A stretch of DNA of 64,000 nucleotides, taken from NCBI GenBank assembly GCA_013265495.1, contig MU058636.1, forward strand, positions 6,545,741 to 6,609,740. The letters run 5' to 3'. Origin of the DNA: Vicugna vicugna (Eukaryota). Made by a program: the position numbers and the translations under genes. Under the pieces are notes generated by a model, which was not told where the DNA came from, did no database searches, and worked only from the letters and a program-made list of their open reading frames with translations. Shown here in pieces: positions 35,271 through 46,915 of this stretch (positions are counted from its first letter, which is position 1; each line of letters starts with the position of its first letter).

Positions 35271-37364
35271 ATGTATAATCCGACAGGAGGCCATACTTCC
35301 TACTGGGTTTCTCTCCCAGATGACAGTGTACAGCTCCTTTCTAAGGTGTTAACTGATAATTAGCATGTTAACCAGCAGCCAAGGAGTCAGTGATGTTTGA
35401 GTTTCTAAAAGTAAACTAAGTGGGATTGTCCCAAATTTCAGAAGTAGAGTGTCAGCAAGATGCCCAGTTCTGGCCCCGGGGAGCTTCGGGAGAAGGATAC
35501 CTGACTATAGTTTCCCACAGCCTCACCCAATTCTCTCAGAACTGAAGTCCATCAAGACAGTCACAGGTTGCCTCTTATTAATTTGCATTCAACCACAGCT
35601 GAGTGAATTTGTCGCCTTGCTCACAGCTGATTTGCATTTCTCTGCTCCTTTAATATGTATTTATGTTCCTAGGAACACAGATATGTGTTAAGATAAAATT
35701 AACCACTGGGACCAAGAGTGGGAACAGTCTTTGAGAACTAGTTATTGGACAGAGTCTATATAACTTCTTGGGGAAAACCTAAGCATGCCAAGAATATTCC
35801 CCAATCAAAATCAGGCCCACCATTATACCACTGCATAGCTCACTTTATCTTTCCTTCCTTCCTTGACTCTGTATCCCTAGCAGCATTTGACAAATGCTTA
35901 CCCTGTGCAGGCATGAGCTACACCCACTCCTCATGGGTGTACAAAAGAGCAACGTGACAGGAGTTTTCATGGGCTGCATTACATCACGTTTGGAATCTCC
36001 AAATTGTGGACTTTTAAAAAATGATCTAAGCTCAAATACCCTAAGGTGTGAAAAGCCCTTCTTTGCACTTATTTAAAATTTTCATGAAATGTTTAAGCTA
36101 GATAATTTTACTTTATATGTAAAACGTTGTAATCGCATTCAAACTGCATTCTATTTCTCCTTATCTTTGGAGAGATTTAAATTTTTTAATATAAATACCT
36201 ACCAAAATATATACATGTAGGAAAGCATGTAATATAGCATATTATGTAAAATTAAAGATATTGCCGAAGCTTGATTCTCTGTCTCAAGGGTAACCATTTC
36301 TTTGTAACTAAAGTTTAATAATGTCCTCATGGAGCATTAAGGAGAAAAGGAGCTTATCCAAATTAAAGAACATTTTAAAAAATGTTTAAATGTTATCTCT
36401 GTATGTGCATCTTTAAAAATACTTATTTAACTAAAATCGATTTATTAAATTTTTATGTTTTGCTTGGCAGAAGTGACATTTATCCAGTTGTGCAGTTTTC
36501 TAACTAATGGACATTATTCTTCATACATGGAACAATAAAACCTAAATCTCCCCTCTTCTTTTATTTTTCTCTTAGCTCTTAGATATTACTATGATTTTTT
36601 GGGGGGAAAAAAGAGCCAAATCTTAAATCATCTTAAGACCAAGTCACAAATGATTCAGAAATTGTTTGATTTACATTGGCCACACTGTATTTATCTCTGT
36701 GATGGTAGGTGATCCTGTATAAGGCCAACCAAGCAAGACATTAAACCCCTAGTCCAGGTTGTCCTGAAACTAACATCAAAAGGCACCAATTAAACTCAAA
36801 GAATAGTAGGAAGATGAGCATAATTGGCAGCAAGCTTCTCAGCCCCCAGAAGATAAAGGCACAAGGGCACAAACTAGCATCGGGACATAAATGGGATAAA
36901 CAGAAGTGGGCAGAAGGTGCAGGAGGTGTGAGGCTGCATCTGGGCTTCGGTGCATAGATTCTTTATAGAGTGGCTTGACCTGGTGGAAACTGCATCCCAC
37001 CTCAGACTGGCAGCCTCTCTGTGGAAGTGGCACAGTGAGCAACACCCTAGTGGGTAAGCTTTCTTTTCCCATGTGGCCAAATAGCCACTCTTTATAACAA
37101 GCTTCCTTCGTAGTGGACCTGGGACACCAGAAAGGCAGATTGAGGGAATTCTCCCCTCCTCTTTCCTCTTTCTTTCTGCTCTATTCCCCACTCTAATGAG
37201 GCCTAAACTTTTGGGGTGAATAGAAAGGCATTAGTATAAATACTAGGTTAAATTTTAGTTTGACAAATTTGGACAACATACTTAATAATTTAGGAAATAG
37301 GCTTAAAGAGAGTATGAGACCAATCACACATTATCCCTTTATTTATTACATATACATGTGTAGT

Positions 37365-38110
37365 CTTTCACAGCAAGCATTTATTGAGCTATATTCCAGG
37401 CTCAAATGGCATTTGATTTGGTATAAGAGATAGACATGTTAATAAAAATGTACATCTATAGTGTGTGATGAGTGCAACATTAGAGATAATGACAAGATAC
37501 AAACAAACACACAAGAAAGAAGTGATCAGATCTAATAAGGAGGTTTGGGAAAGCTCATGGTGGTCTCTGAACTGAGCTGTTACATTGAACAGAACTTGCT
37601 TTGAAGAAGAGGGTAGAATGGAACTCCAGGCATAGAAAAACTCAAAGGTGCAGATAAATGGGACACTAATGATGTACTCTGGGACTCCAAGTAGTTCAAC
37701 ACGGAGGATAGAGTGCAATGTAGGTAGAAGAGATGGTGGAGAATTTTGTTGGCTAATCTAAGCCTTTAGACTTCTTTCTGTAAGCAAAAGATAGCTGCTG
37801 AATTCTTTAAAAAAGGATCCAATCTGCAGATTAAAAGGAGCATTCTGAGGGGAGGGTATAGCTTAAAGTGCTAGAGCGCATGCTTAGCATGCACGAGATC
37901 CTGGGTTCAATCCCCAGTACTGCCTCTAAAAATTAAGTAAATAAACAAGCCTAATTACCTCCCTCCCTGCCCCTTCAAAAAAACAATAAAAGCAGCATTC
38001 TGGAGGCAAAGAAGGGGATAGATTGAATGGCACGTAGACTGGGAAGCTAGTTAAGCTGGCAGTTGTTAGAATTGCTATGAGGGGTGTTGGTGGTCTAAAA
38101 TGACTTTAGA
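37365..38110 (-). mobile_element. L2 fragment interrupted by a SINE
   Basis: CAGCAAGCATTTATTGAGC, AACTGAGCTG..TTGAACAG, ACTCCAGGCATAG and CAAGTAGTTC. Confidence 0.7.
37848..37987 (+). mobile_element. tRNA-derived SINE (Vic-1-like, camelid) with 15-bp TSD
   Basis: GGGGAGGGTATAGCTTAAAGTGCTAGAGCGCATGCTTAGCATGCACGAGATCCTGGGTTCAATCCCCAGTAC carries Pol III A and B boxes, followed by an A-rich tail. TSD AAAAG(G/C)AGCATTCTG lies at 37833-37847 and 37988-38002. Confidence 0.92.
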
Positions 38111-38144
38111 CTAAAAGGTGATTTCAAAAGAAAAATGTCAGTAT

Positions 38145-39520
38145 TTTTCAATGGCCATACTACCCAAGGCAATCTACAGATTCAATGCAATCCCCATCAA
38201 ATTACCCATGGCATTTTTCACAGAAGTGAAACAGAAAGTTCTAAAATTTGTGTGGAAATACAAAAGACTTCAAATAGCCAAAACAACCTTGAGAAAGAAC
38301 AGAGCTGGAGGAATCATGCTCCCTGACTTCAGACTGTAGTACAAAGCTATAGTAATCAAAAATAGTATGGTTCTGGCACAAAAATAGACACATAAATCAA
38401 TGGAACAGGATAGAAAGCCCAGAAATGAACCTGCAAGCTTATGGTCAATTAATCTATGACAAAGGATGTAAGAATATACAATGGAGAAAAGACAGTCGCT
38501 TTAATAAGTGGTGCTGGGAAAACTGGACAGCTGCATGTAAAAGAATGAAATTAGAACATTCTCTAACACCATATACAAAAGTAAACTCAAAATGGATTAA
38601 AGACCTAAATGTATGACCAGGTACTCTAGAACTCCTAGAGGAAAAGATAGGCAGAACACTCTGACATACATCACAGCAATACTTTTATTGGATCTGTCTT
38701 TTAGAGTAATGGGAATAAAAGCAAAGATAAACAAATGGGACCTAGTTAAATGGAAGAGCTTCTGCACATCAAAGGAGACCATAAACGAAATGAAAAGACA
38801 ACCTACAGAATGGAAGAAAATATTTGCAAATAATGTGACCAACAAGGGATTAATTTCCAAAATATACAAACAGCTTAATATCAAAAAAAAAACCCAATCC
38901 AAAAATGGGTAGAAGATCTAAATAGACACTTTTTCAAAGAAGACATAGAGATGGCCAACAACACATGAAAAGATGCCCCATATTACTAATTATTAGAGAC
39001 ATTCAAAACTACAGTGAGGTATCACCTCACACTAGTCAGAATGGCCATCATTAAAAAGTCTACAAATAAATGCTAAAGAGGGTGTGGAGTAAAAGGAACC
39101 CTGCTACATTGTTGGTGGGAATATAAATTGGGGCAGCCACTATGGAGAACAGTATGAAGCTTCCTTAAAAAACTAAAAATAGACTTACGATATGATCCAG
39201 CAATCCTACTCCTGGGCGTATATCCAGAGAAAACTCTAATTCAAAAAGATGCACACATTCCAACATTCACAGCAGCAGTATTTACAATAGCCAAGATATG
39301 GAAGTAACCGAAATGTCCATGCACAGAGCAACGGATAAAGAAGATGTGGTATATACATGTGATGGAATATTACTTAGACATAAGAAAGAATGAAACCATG
39401 CCATTTGTAGTAACATGGGTGGACCTAGAGGTCATCATATTAAGTGAAGTAAGTCAGAAAGAAAAGGACAAATATCATATGATATCACTTATATGTGAAA
39501 TCTAAAAAAATGATACAAAT
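38145..39520 (+). mobile_element. L1 ORF2 C-terminal segment, non-functional and missing the 3' UTR/tail
   Basis: ORFs 38118-38912 give [37 protein letters not shown] and INKWDLVK.KSFCT.KET. Stops and frameshifts separate them. Confidence 0.97.
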
Positions 39521-39764
39521 GAAGATGAAGCACGTAGATAGCAATGTTAGGAACTAATAGTCTGTACAAAAGGACACCTGTCTTTGAGCAAAAGGTTTTC
39601 ACACACTTGTTTCTTTTTTCCCCTTCTTCTGTAGGTTAAAACTAAGGAGTAAGAAGACTTGAACAGTACAGACATGTAAAATATAGAAACCTCACGTGAG
39701 AAAGAATTTTTGCATTTTCATGTTTAAAATGCACTAAGCCAGTGTTCTATGATAACTGTATATT

Positions 39765-39960
39765 TTATACCACTTCAAATTTATTCTGTTGTTTCATTTT
39801 AGCCTCATAACAATTCTGTGTGGGAAGTAGGACAAGTATTATTATTCCTTGTTAAAGGTAAAGAAACTGGGGCACGCCGAGGTCAAGGAACAGCCCATCC
39901 TCGACGGTTAGCAGGGAAGGCTGGACCAGAGCTGGTCCCTGGAGTCAGTGCTTTGTTTAG
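39765..39960 (-). mobile_element. MIR
   Basis: TTTAGCCTCATAACAATTCTGTG...TATTATTATTCCTTG...AAGAAACTGGGGCAC..GAGGTCAAGG. Confidence 0.75.
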
Positions 39961-40199
39961 GAGCCCATAATACACAGATAAAAGCTAACTGCAGTTTCAG
40001 TAGCACATAGAGAATAATATTTAAGTGGGAAATTAGTTGGTTCTTACGCGTGAATTTTCAGAAATGAATACACTCGTTGAAGTTTTATTCAGCTAAATTT
40101 CATATCATCCCCACAACAACTAATTCCCCAAGATTAAATCCTCTTTGCCTCTGAGATTGATGAAGTGTTTGCCTTTAAAGCTAAGGAGACTGACCTTGG

Positions 40200-41200
40200 T
40201 GCAGAGAAGTTTAGTCATAGTAACCCAGCATCAGGGTAAAGAAAACAATAAACCCATCCAACAGTGACATGGCAACCAGGAGAGGAAGCTTGGTTAAAAT
40301 ATCCAAAAGAGAGAACTTCTAGCAAAACGGAACTGCAAGAGAAGACAGATTTCAACCCAAACCAAAATATACTACTATTACAACTACTGCTACCACCACC
40401 ACCACCAAAAGCAATAGTAATAACAGTACAGGGGAAAATTCAATTTCACCACGTATATATATATAAAAAAAAAATTTAGGAATGACAATCTATGATTTTC
40501 GAACTTAAAAAAAAAGTGAGGCCCAAATGAGTAACCTAGAAGATCAAGTAAGGGGAAAAAAAGGAAAATTTACAAAGGGTTATAAATTATGAGAGAAAAC
40601 ATGAGATTAGATGGACAAATCCAGGAGATACAATTCCAGGAATTCCAGGAGAAGAAGTTACAGATTGAGAAGAGGGAGTAGTTATGCAAATAAAAGAAAA
40701 ATAATATCCCTGAGATGATGGAAGAGAACAGATTTGAAGGTCTCACTGAGTTGCAAGCAGGACATACATATGAGGGTAAAATTCCTGAACTTATGAAAAT
40801 AATGGAAAACTTTTACAAGAGTTTTGTGAAAAAAAGAGTAAGTTCAAAACAAATCAACAGAAAGGATTGGCTTTTCATCTACACACAACAGAGGAACCCA
40901 GAAATGACAGACTACTATCAACTGATGTAATAAGAAAAAGGCACGGCCCAAGAATCCTAAAGCCATCCAAGATATCATTTAACAGCCAGGTTAAAGGAAA
41001 ATATTTGCCAAAAGCAGGATTTCAGAGAACTCCCATTGAGAAGAGTACTGGAGATAAACCTACAACCAGTCAGCAAATTATAAGACCTTAAGGGAAGGAA
41101 AGCTGCAGATGAAAGGAACAGCAGTGAAATTTTAACCTGCAACATGCATATTTAAATTTAAGTAGCTAATAACTGGGAATGTGTGAAATATATCCTAAAT
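40200..41200 (+). mobile_element. Diverged HAL1/L1 ORF1-like segment
   Basis: A-rich tract with CTAGAAGATCAAG, TATGAGAGAAAACATGAGA, ATCCAGGAG and CCCAAGAATCCTAAAGCCATCCAAGATATCATT. Confidence 0.55.
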
Positions 41201-41464
41201 AAAGATTCCAGACATAAAACAGTTATGCTAAAAGGGAAAACCGAATAATAGTTTGTAAAGTAAAATGCGGTATATATATGAAAGGAGCTTTAACCTCCAA
41301 AGAATTCAGAGAAATATAACCAAAGCAATAATCACTTAACTAACAGTAACTTAAAATGTTGATTATATTTATTGCTGTTAGGGATGCTATAAAAAGGATT
41401 TCCAACCAAATTGGTGAAAATGCAAATGCCATAGCATTTGGCGGGAACAATTTGTACGTATATT

Positions 41465-41930
41465 AGCTTTTTATTGAGAAATAATTGATATATTATATTA
41501 ATTTCCGATTATATATTATGCAATGATTGCCACAGTAAATCCACCATACATAGTTACAAATTTTTTTTCTCGTAATGAGGACTTTTTAAGATTTACTCTC
41601 ATAGCAACTTTCAAAAATGCAATACAGTATCATTAACTCTAGTCGCCATGCTTTCCATCACACCCTCATGACTCTGGTTTTATAGCTGGAAGTTTCTACC
41701 TCTTGACCTCCTTCAGCCTTTCACCACCCTCTATCCGCCTGCCTCTGACAACCACCAATCTGTTCTCTTGATCTATGAATTTGGTTTTTGGTTTTTGGGT
41801 TTTCTTTAGGTTTTTCATATATAAATAAGATCATATGGTATTTGTCTTTCTCTATCTGACATTTCATTTAGCATAAAGCTTTCAAGGTCCATTCATGTTG
41901 TCACAAAGGCAAGATTTCATTCCATATATA
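41465..41930 (-). mobile_element. L1 3' end (L1MA9-like)
   Basis: TTTATTGAGAAATAATTGA, TAAGATTTACTCTCATAGCAACTTTCAA, CAACCACCAATCTGTTCTC and GGTCCATTCATGTTGTCACAAA. Confidence 0.9.
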
Positions 41931-41992
41931 TATAAATCAGGGTTTTAGGAGAGTCACTTTCATTTTAAGAAAAAGAATACACACCCATAACG

Positions 41993-42010
41993 TGTGTGTG
42001 TGTGTGTGTG
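41993..42010. repeat. (TG)9 microsatellite
   Basis: Read directly. Confidence 0.85.
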
Positions 42011-42029
42011 TTTTCTTTCAGTTCCTCCA

Positions 42030-42525
42030 GGCCTCTTCACATATGGTTCCCTGTGAAGGAACATCCCTGCCTAGAATGCTCATCCTTCCAATTCTCCCCT
42101 TTTATCAAGTCCTAATCTCTCTTCCCACGCCCACCTTCAGTCCACTTCTTCAGGAAGACTTCCCTAGTTCCCTAGCTGAGGTTCGGTCTGCATCTTATTT
42201 GTTTCCCTTTAGCTTCTCCCTCTTTCATAGCTCTCCTGCATGTTATGATAATTATTCTAACTGTTTATCTTTCCCACTAAGGTAGGCTCTGCAACCAGGA
42301 ACTCTCTCTTTCACCCCTACTTCCTTGTATAGCTCCTAACATACAGGAGGGGCTCAAATCTCAATCAATATTGACTGAATGAATAAATGACTTCCTTGTA
42401 AGATTTTCAAGGACACAGTCACCATCATTTACTTCATATGTAATATCTTCCACATCTAGAGAGTAGGGTCTAGAGTCTATTGCTTCTGCAGGAACTATTT
42501 ATTGAGTGAACATACGAATAGATGA
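42030..42525 (+). mobile_element. L2 3' fragments
   Basis: CCCTGCCTAGAATGCTC, TCAGGAAGACTTCCCT, TTCCCACTAAG and CTCAATCAATATTGACTGAATGAATAAATGA. Confidence 0.75.
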
Positions 42526-43609
42526 GAGGAAGCATGATAGTTATGATACATGAAAGATCTAGTTACCTCCTAGTTGTCTTAGCTAATATTCAAGATACTA
42601 AGCCATCCAAGGCTTTTAAGGGAATGGGAGCTAGTAAATATGACTTTTAAGGTACTGGTATATGTTTTATTTATTAAAGTCTGATTTGAGACAAATTGAT
42701 GATATCACATTTCCTGTATAGATCACTTGAGGGTTGGGGGAAAAATATATTTATAATGAGAGCTTTTGCAGAAGAGATGGTTTACACAGCCCTATATAGT
42801 TTCTGACCACACAGCCCCACTCCAACGTGCAGTTGCTTAGATAATGTGTCTGATTTTATTATTTTTCTTAAATTTGAAATTGAGACACTGAAAGACACTA
42901 GAGCCTAAAAAACATACAAAATCAGGGCCAAAACACTGCTATAGCAGGACACAGCCAACAACCAGCACACTTCAGAGAACAAAGAGACCCATGCAGAGCA
43001 GAGAGAAGGGGGTAAATGGAGCAGGCAGGCCAGGATGACGGATTACCCAGCACCATGAGAGATGAAGAGAGCAGCCTCATGCATCTATCCACCCATTCAA
43101 ATATCTTCTGAACCTGCGAGGACCCCGCCAGTATCCCAGGCGCTAGGGAGTCAGCAGCAGGTTGGACGGTAAAAGCTCAAGTGTTATCAAACGGGCCGAG
43201 AGGAACTGATTATGAGGAAATGTCACACATGCCATGAGACGGGAAGTTCAGGATGTCCTGGGGACATCAAACTGGGGAATCAAACCCAGCCTAGCCTTAG
43301 GGCAGACTTTCCAGTTCCAATCCTTTTGTGTACCTCATTTTCTGTCTTTTGATTCCTATGAGATGCCGCTTTATCCCTTCCAGAATAAAGTATTTCTTCA
43401 CTTGAACCAGCGTTCTAAATATCAGACACAGTCTGTCTGCTCACCACCCTTTTGGGTGCTGTCGTTTTAGGAGCTGTCCCTTCTCTTCCTGGTGGGGGAG
43501 TTGCACACAACCCACCCTGGGCGACTCAGAATCCTTTCCAGGGGACTGACAGGAGAATTGAAGGTCTCTGTCCTTCTGAGACCTCAAGCACAAAGGGCCT
43601 TACAAGGTT

Positions 43610-43830
43610 GCAGCTGTTGGGACCATTCTTGCCACCATTCGGAGGAGGCTGGCCTGAGCATGGAGACACCACAGAGGACAGCAGAGCCGAGAGATGCTGA
43701 GGAAGATGAGGATTCCTGATGACATCTTTTTTAGCATCTCTAAAGCTTTTTAGTTACCTGAGCCAATACATTCCTTTTTTTTCCCCTTAAGTTAAATGAG
43801 TTGCTTTTAGTCACAACTAAAATACCCTCA
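43610..43830 (+). mobile_element. Old MLT1 LTR fragment
   Basis: GCAGCTGTTGGGACCATTCTTGCCACCA...GCAGAGCCGAGAGATG...TCCTGATGACATC...TGAGCCAATACATTCC. Confidence 0.7.
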
Positions 43831-43964
43831 TTATTCAGTATCAGCTGTTCTGGATAAGTGTCTGTTTCATGCACAAATAATCCTTGACCAAGATGGTTTA
43901 GTGGGGTGGGTGGTGTGGGGGACAAGCTGCCCCATCTTTCCCTTACTCTTTCCCAGGTTGTAAT

Positions 43965-44130
43965 AACTTCGTTGCCTAGTACAGTTCCTCACACAGTCGC
44001 CTATGATCGTCCTGCCACTTTTGTGAGGTGAGTATTATTATCCCCGTTTTGCAGTGGTATCCTAAGGTTGATCAGCTACAAAGTGATTGATTTGGAACTT
44101 GGAATGTCGTTCTGGAACCGATGCACATCT
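43965..44130 (-). mobile_element. MIR
   Basis: TTTGTGAGGTGAGTATTATTATCCCCGTTTTGCAG. Confidence 0.7.
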
Positions 44131-45960
44131 CTGATTCCTACTCCCCTCAAACCAGTTTCCTCAGGCCAGTGCCACTATAATTAGCCTCTAGCTCCCTAGT
44201 CCCTAAGGGTGCCCACTGAAAAATGTCCACTGGGAAATTATGAATCTGTGTAATTATCTTTTTTAAGGAATTAAAATCATAACATAAATTTTATCACTTA
44301 GCTACAGTTTAATTTTCATATGCAAATTTTTGATAAATTAATAGTATTATGCAACTTTTCAAGAACCTTATATCGTGCCAAGCTATTCTTTTAATGCAGT
44401 GGATAAATGCATATTTTTTTGAAACTTGACAAAAATATATGCAAATGGTTTCAGCAATGGTCACACATAGGTATCCATCAGATGATGGACAGAAAGATTG
44501 CTTTTGTCCAGATTCCTACTTTCCATAACTATACAGGAGCCCTGAGTTCGAAATAAAACATATAAAACTGTCACCATTTATTTTTTAATAAAAATTCCCT
44601 GTACTGCTGTGAGATTGGTCCTTAAAGCTGTAGGATTTGGGGGACAGAATTAATTTTTTGCTCCATTACCCTAAAATATTCCAAAGAAATATTAAACTTG
44701 GATAAAACATTTAAAATATTATTTATTTTAAAACTCCACTGATGATTAAGTTTATGTTAAAATAAATCGCTGCATTTTATTTTCTTGACAACTTAATAAA
44801 ACTAAACTCTCTCTTTCAAACTCTATTATATTTTTATTCCCTCACAATTCCATTTGGATACTATCTAGTTATTTTTATGTCAGTTTTTGAAGAATGACAC
44901 CAACAATTATACTCTAGCAAGCCCTCTCTCTACTAAGTAATCTGCTAAAATAAGCCAGAGTCCATCACTGCTCAGAACACTTTTACTTTGATAAGCTATT
45001 AGGTAGAGCTTTATTTTAAAGTCTAAACTTGCCATTTGCTACACATAACATAGGCTGGGATCAGATATTAAATCTTTATATTTGTGTTCATGAAACACAA
45101 TGTCTTTATTAAAGTATTACCTTACTCAGTATATGAAGCAAAAGAAGTAAATCTAAAAATTCTTTTCCAAGCCCATTCTGAAACCCTTTTTTTTTTTCTT
45201 TTGGTTATTATAAAATAAATCTAGTTAAGAATTTTTCTGAACTTATTTCCATCTTGCCTATACAAAGTTTAAGCATTAAATAACACACAGACACAGCAGC
45301 CTCAATTCTGTGTGCAGTCTAAGTCACTATCTACGCAAGATGATTTTGAAGATTCCTCATCTCTTAAAACTGAAGTCACTCAACACTGTCTGAAAGCAGG
45401 GATCTTTGTACCTCCTTGCAGTGTCATTGGCAACTGCTCACACCTGGCCATGGATGAACAGATCAGATTTCCTGTTAGAGTGAAACACTAAAGGAATGGA
45501 ACATAGAATCAATGAATTTTGGTAAAAGAGACGCAAGAAGAAAGGTATAGAATGATTGCATGGAGCTCTGAGAAGCTAGTGAGCACCAGAAAAGTCCTAG
45601 ACTCCTGGGACTAGGGAAGGGATTCAATAAAAGGTAGGAAGTGTTAAAGGATCGAAAGAGAAACCCACAAGAAATTTCACCAACTTTACATTTTCAACAG
45701 CATTAATTCTATTTAGAAACATTTTCAAAATGTAACATCAGGATCATGACATTGAAAACAGGCTCTGGAGCTAAGGGGAAAAAATCATCCCCCTAATTAA
45801 GCTCACGGAGACAGTTGGTTGACTTCGGCAATGAAATTTAATTTATTCTTTTTCCCATTCTCTCATGTGCACACTCCGCTATACCTTACTGAGCAAGCTG
45901 AAAATTCAATAAATAAATGCATTCATTAATGATTTAGTGTCACCCAAAAGGAAAGGAAAG

Positions 45961-46140
45961 CTGCCGGAGCCACTCCACAGGTCTCTCACTTTGCCAAAAA
46001 CAATTACAGTGGCGCAGGGCTGATGGCGGGAACCCGACTACAGGGGGGCCAGGGTTGCCGGGAGGCCGCTGCTCTTGCAGCTGCTGCTGTTCCAGCAACA
46101 GTGAAGCAGCTGCCTCTTAGAATTTGCACACCCACCGTGA
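45961..46140. promoter_or_regulatory. Small CpG/GC-rich unique element, candidate enhancer or promoter
   Basis: 108/180 nt are G+C (60%) with 7 CpG in an AT-rich background. Contains GGCGGGAA (E2F-like), GTTGCC/AGCAAC (RFX-like half sites) and two CAGCTG E-boxes, flanked by TAAT/ATTA-rich unique DNA. Confidence 0.4.
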
Positions 46141-46739
46141 CTGAGAAAAGAGAAATTTAAATACGTTCACGTTAAAAGTTCTTCCTTCTTCCCCTTCATT
46201 ATGCACCAAGAGATGTTCTAGTAAAATTCAAGACATCAGTTTAGAATATGTTAGTGCTCATAAATTAAATTGCTCACAGAAGGTGATCAATTTTTAATGT
46301 TTACACTCAAGATGTTCTTTTTAATTAACACTTAGCTACATTTGTACTGTTCACCGCAGAAAATGCCTGAACTTGCAGAGAACCGCAAAAAGTTGTAAGA
46401 CATCAAACCGCAGTAATTTTCCAAGTTGCACCCTTCAACTAAAGAAAAAGAGCTTAGCTTCAGATGGTTGACATCACAAAGAGACCTAACTTACTCTTAG
46501 GAAGTAGTGGGAAGCTACTCTGCGTTATGTAGATATTTTTGGATAATTACCTATATTTCTCACATGGAGGTGAAAATTACCCATTCGTAAATGCCTATGG
46601 TGTATTCTGAGACATATATGTAAAAAGGAAAAGTGATTTCCAAATTTAATGAGCAAAGGCTCATTAATTAAGAATCCACTGATTTATAATTAATGTTAAT
46701 TGATCACTTGTTAGCTCTCTAGGACTATAAAAAAACAGA

Positions 46740-46915
46740 TTGTTTACCAGCTTGTGACCTTGAGAAATTCACCTACTCATCAGTAAAAATAGGAATAATA
46801 CTCATATGATGGTTTCTTGTGACTATTAAATAACATACGTGAAGTGCTTATCAAGGCCTTACGTATATTATGTAATAAATAAATACTAGTTTCTTTTCTG
46901 TGTTATTACCATTAT
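46740..46915 (+). mobile_element. MIR
   Basis: TTACCAGCTTGTGACCTTGAG...CTCATCAGTAAAAATAGGAATAATA...GTGAAGTGCTT. Confidence 0.75.

Noticed and set aside
37848..37925. tRNA gene
   Set aside because: The A and B boxes belong to a SINE head followed by a SINE body, A-tail and TSD.
38118..38912. ORFs with clear L1 ORF2 peptide matches, as a gene
   Set aside because: They are fragments of a truncated L1 broken by stops and frameshifts, with no endonuclease or RT core. The same applies to 3190-3411 and 14740-14952.
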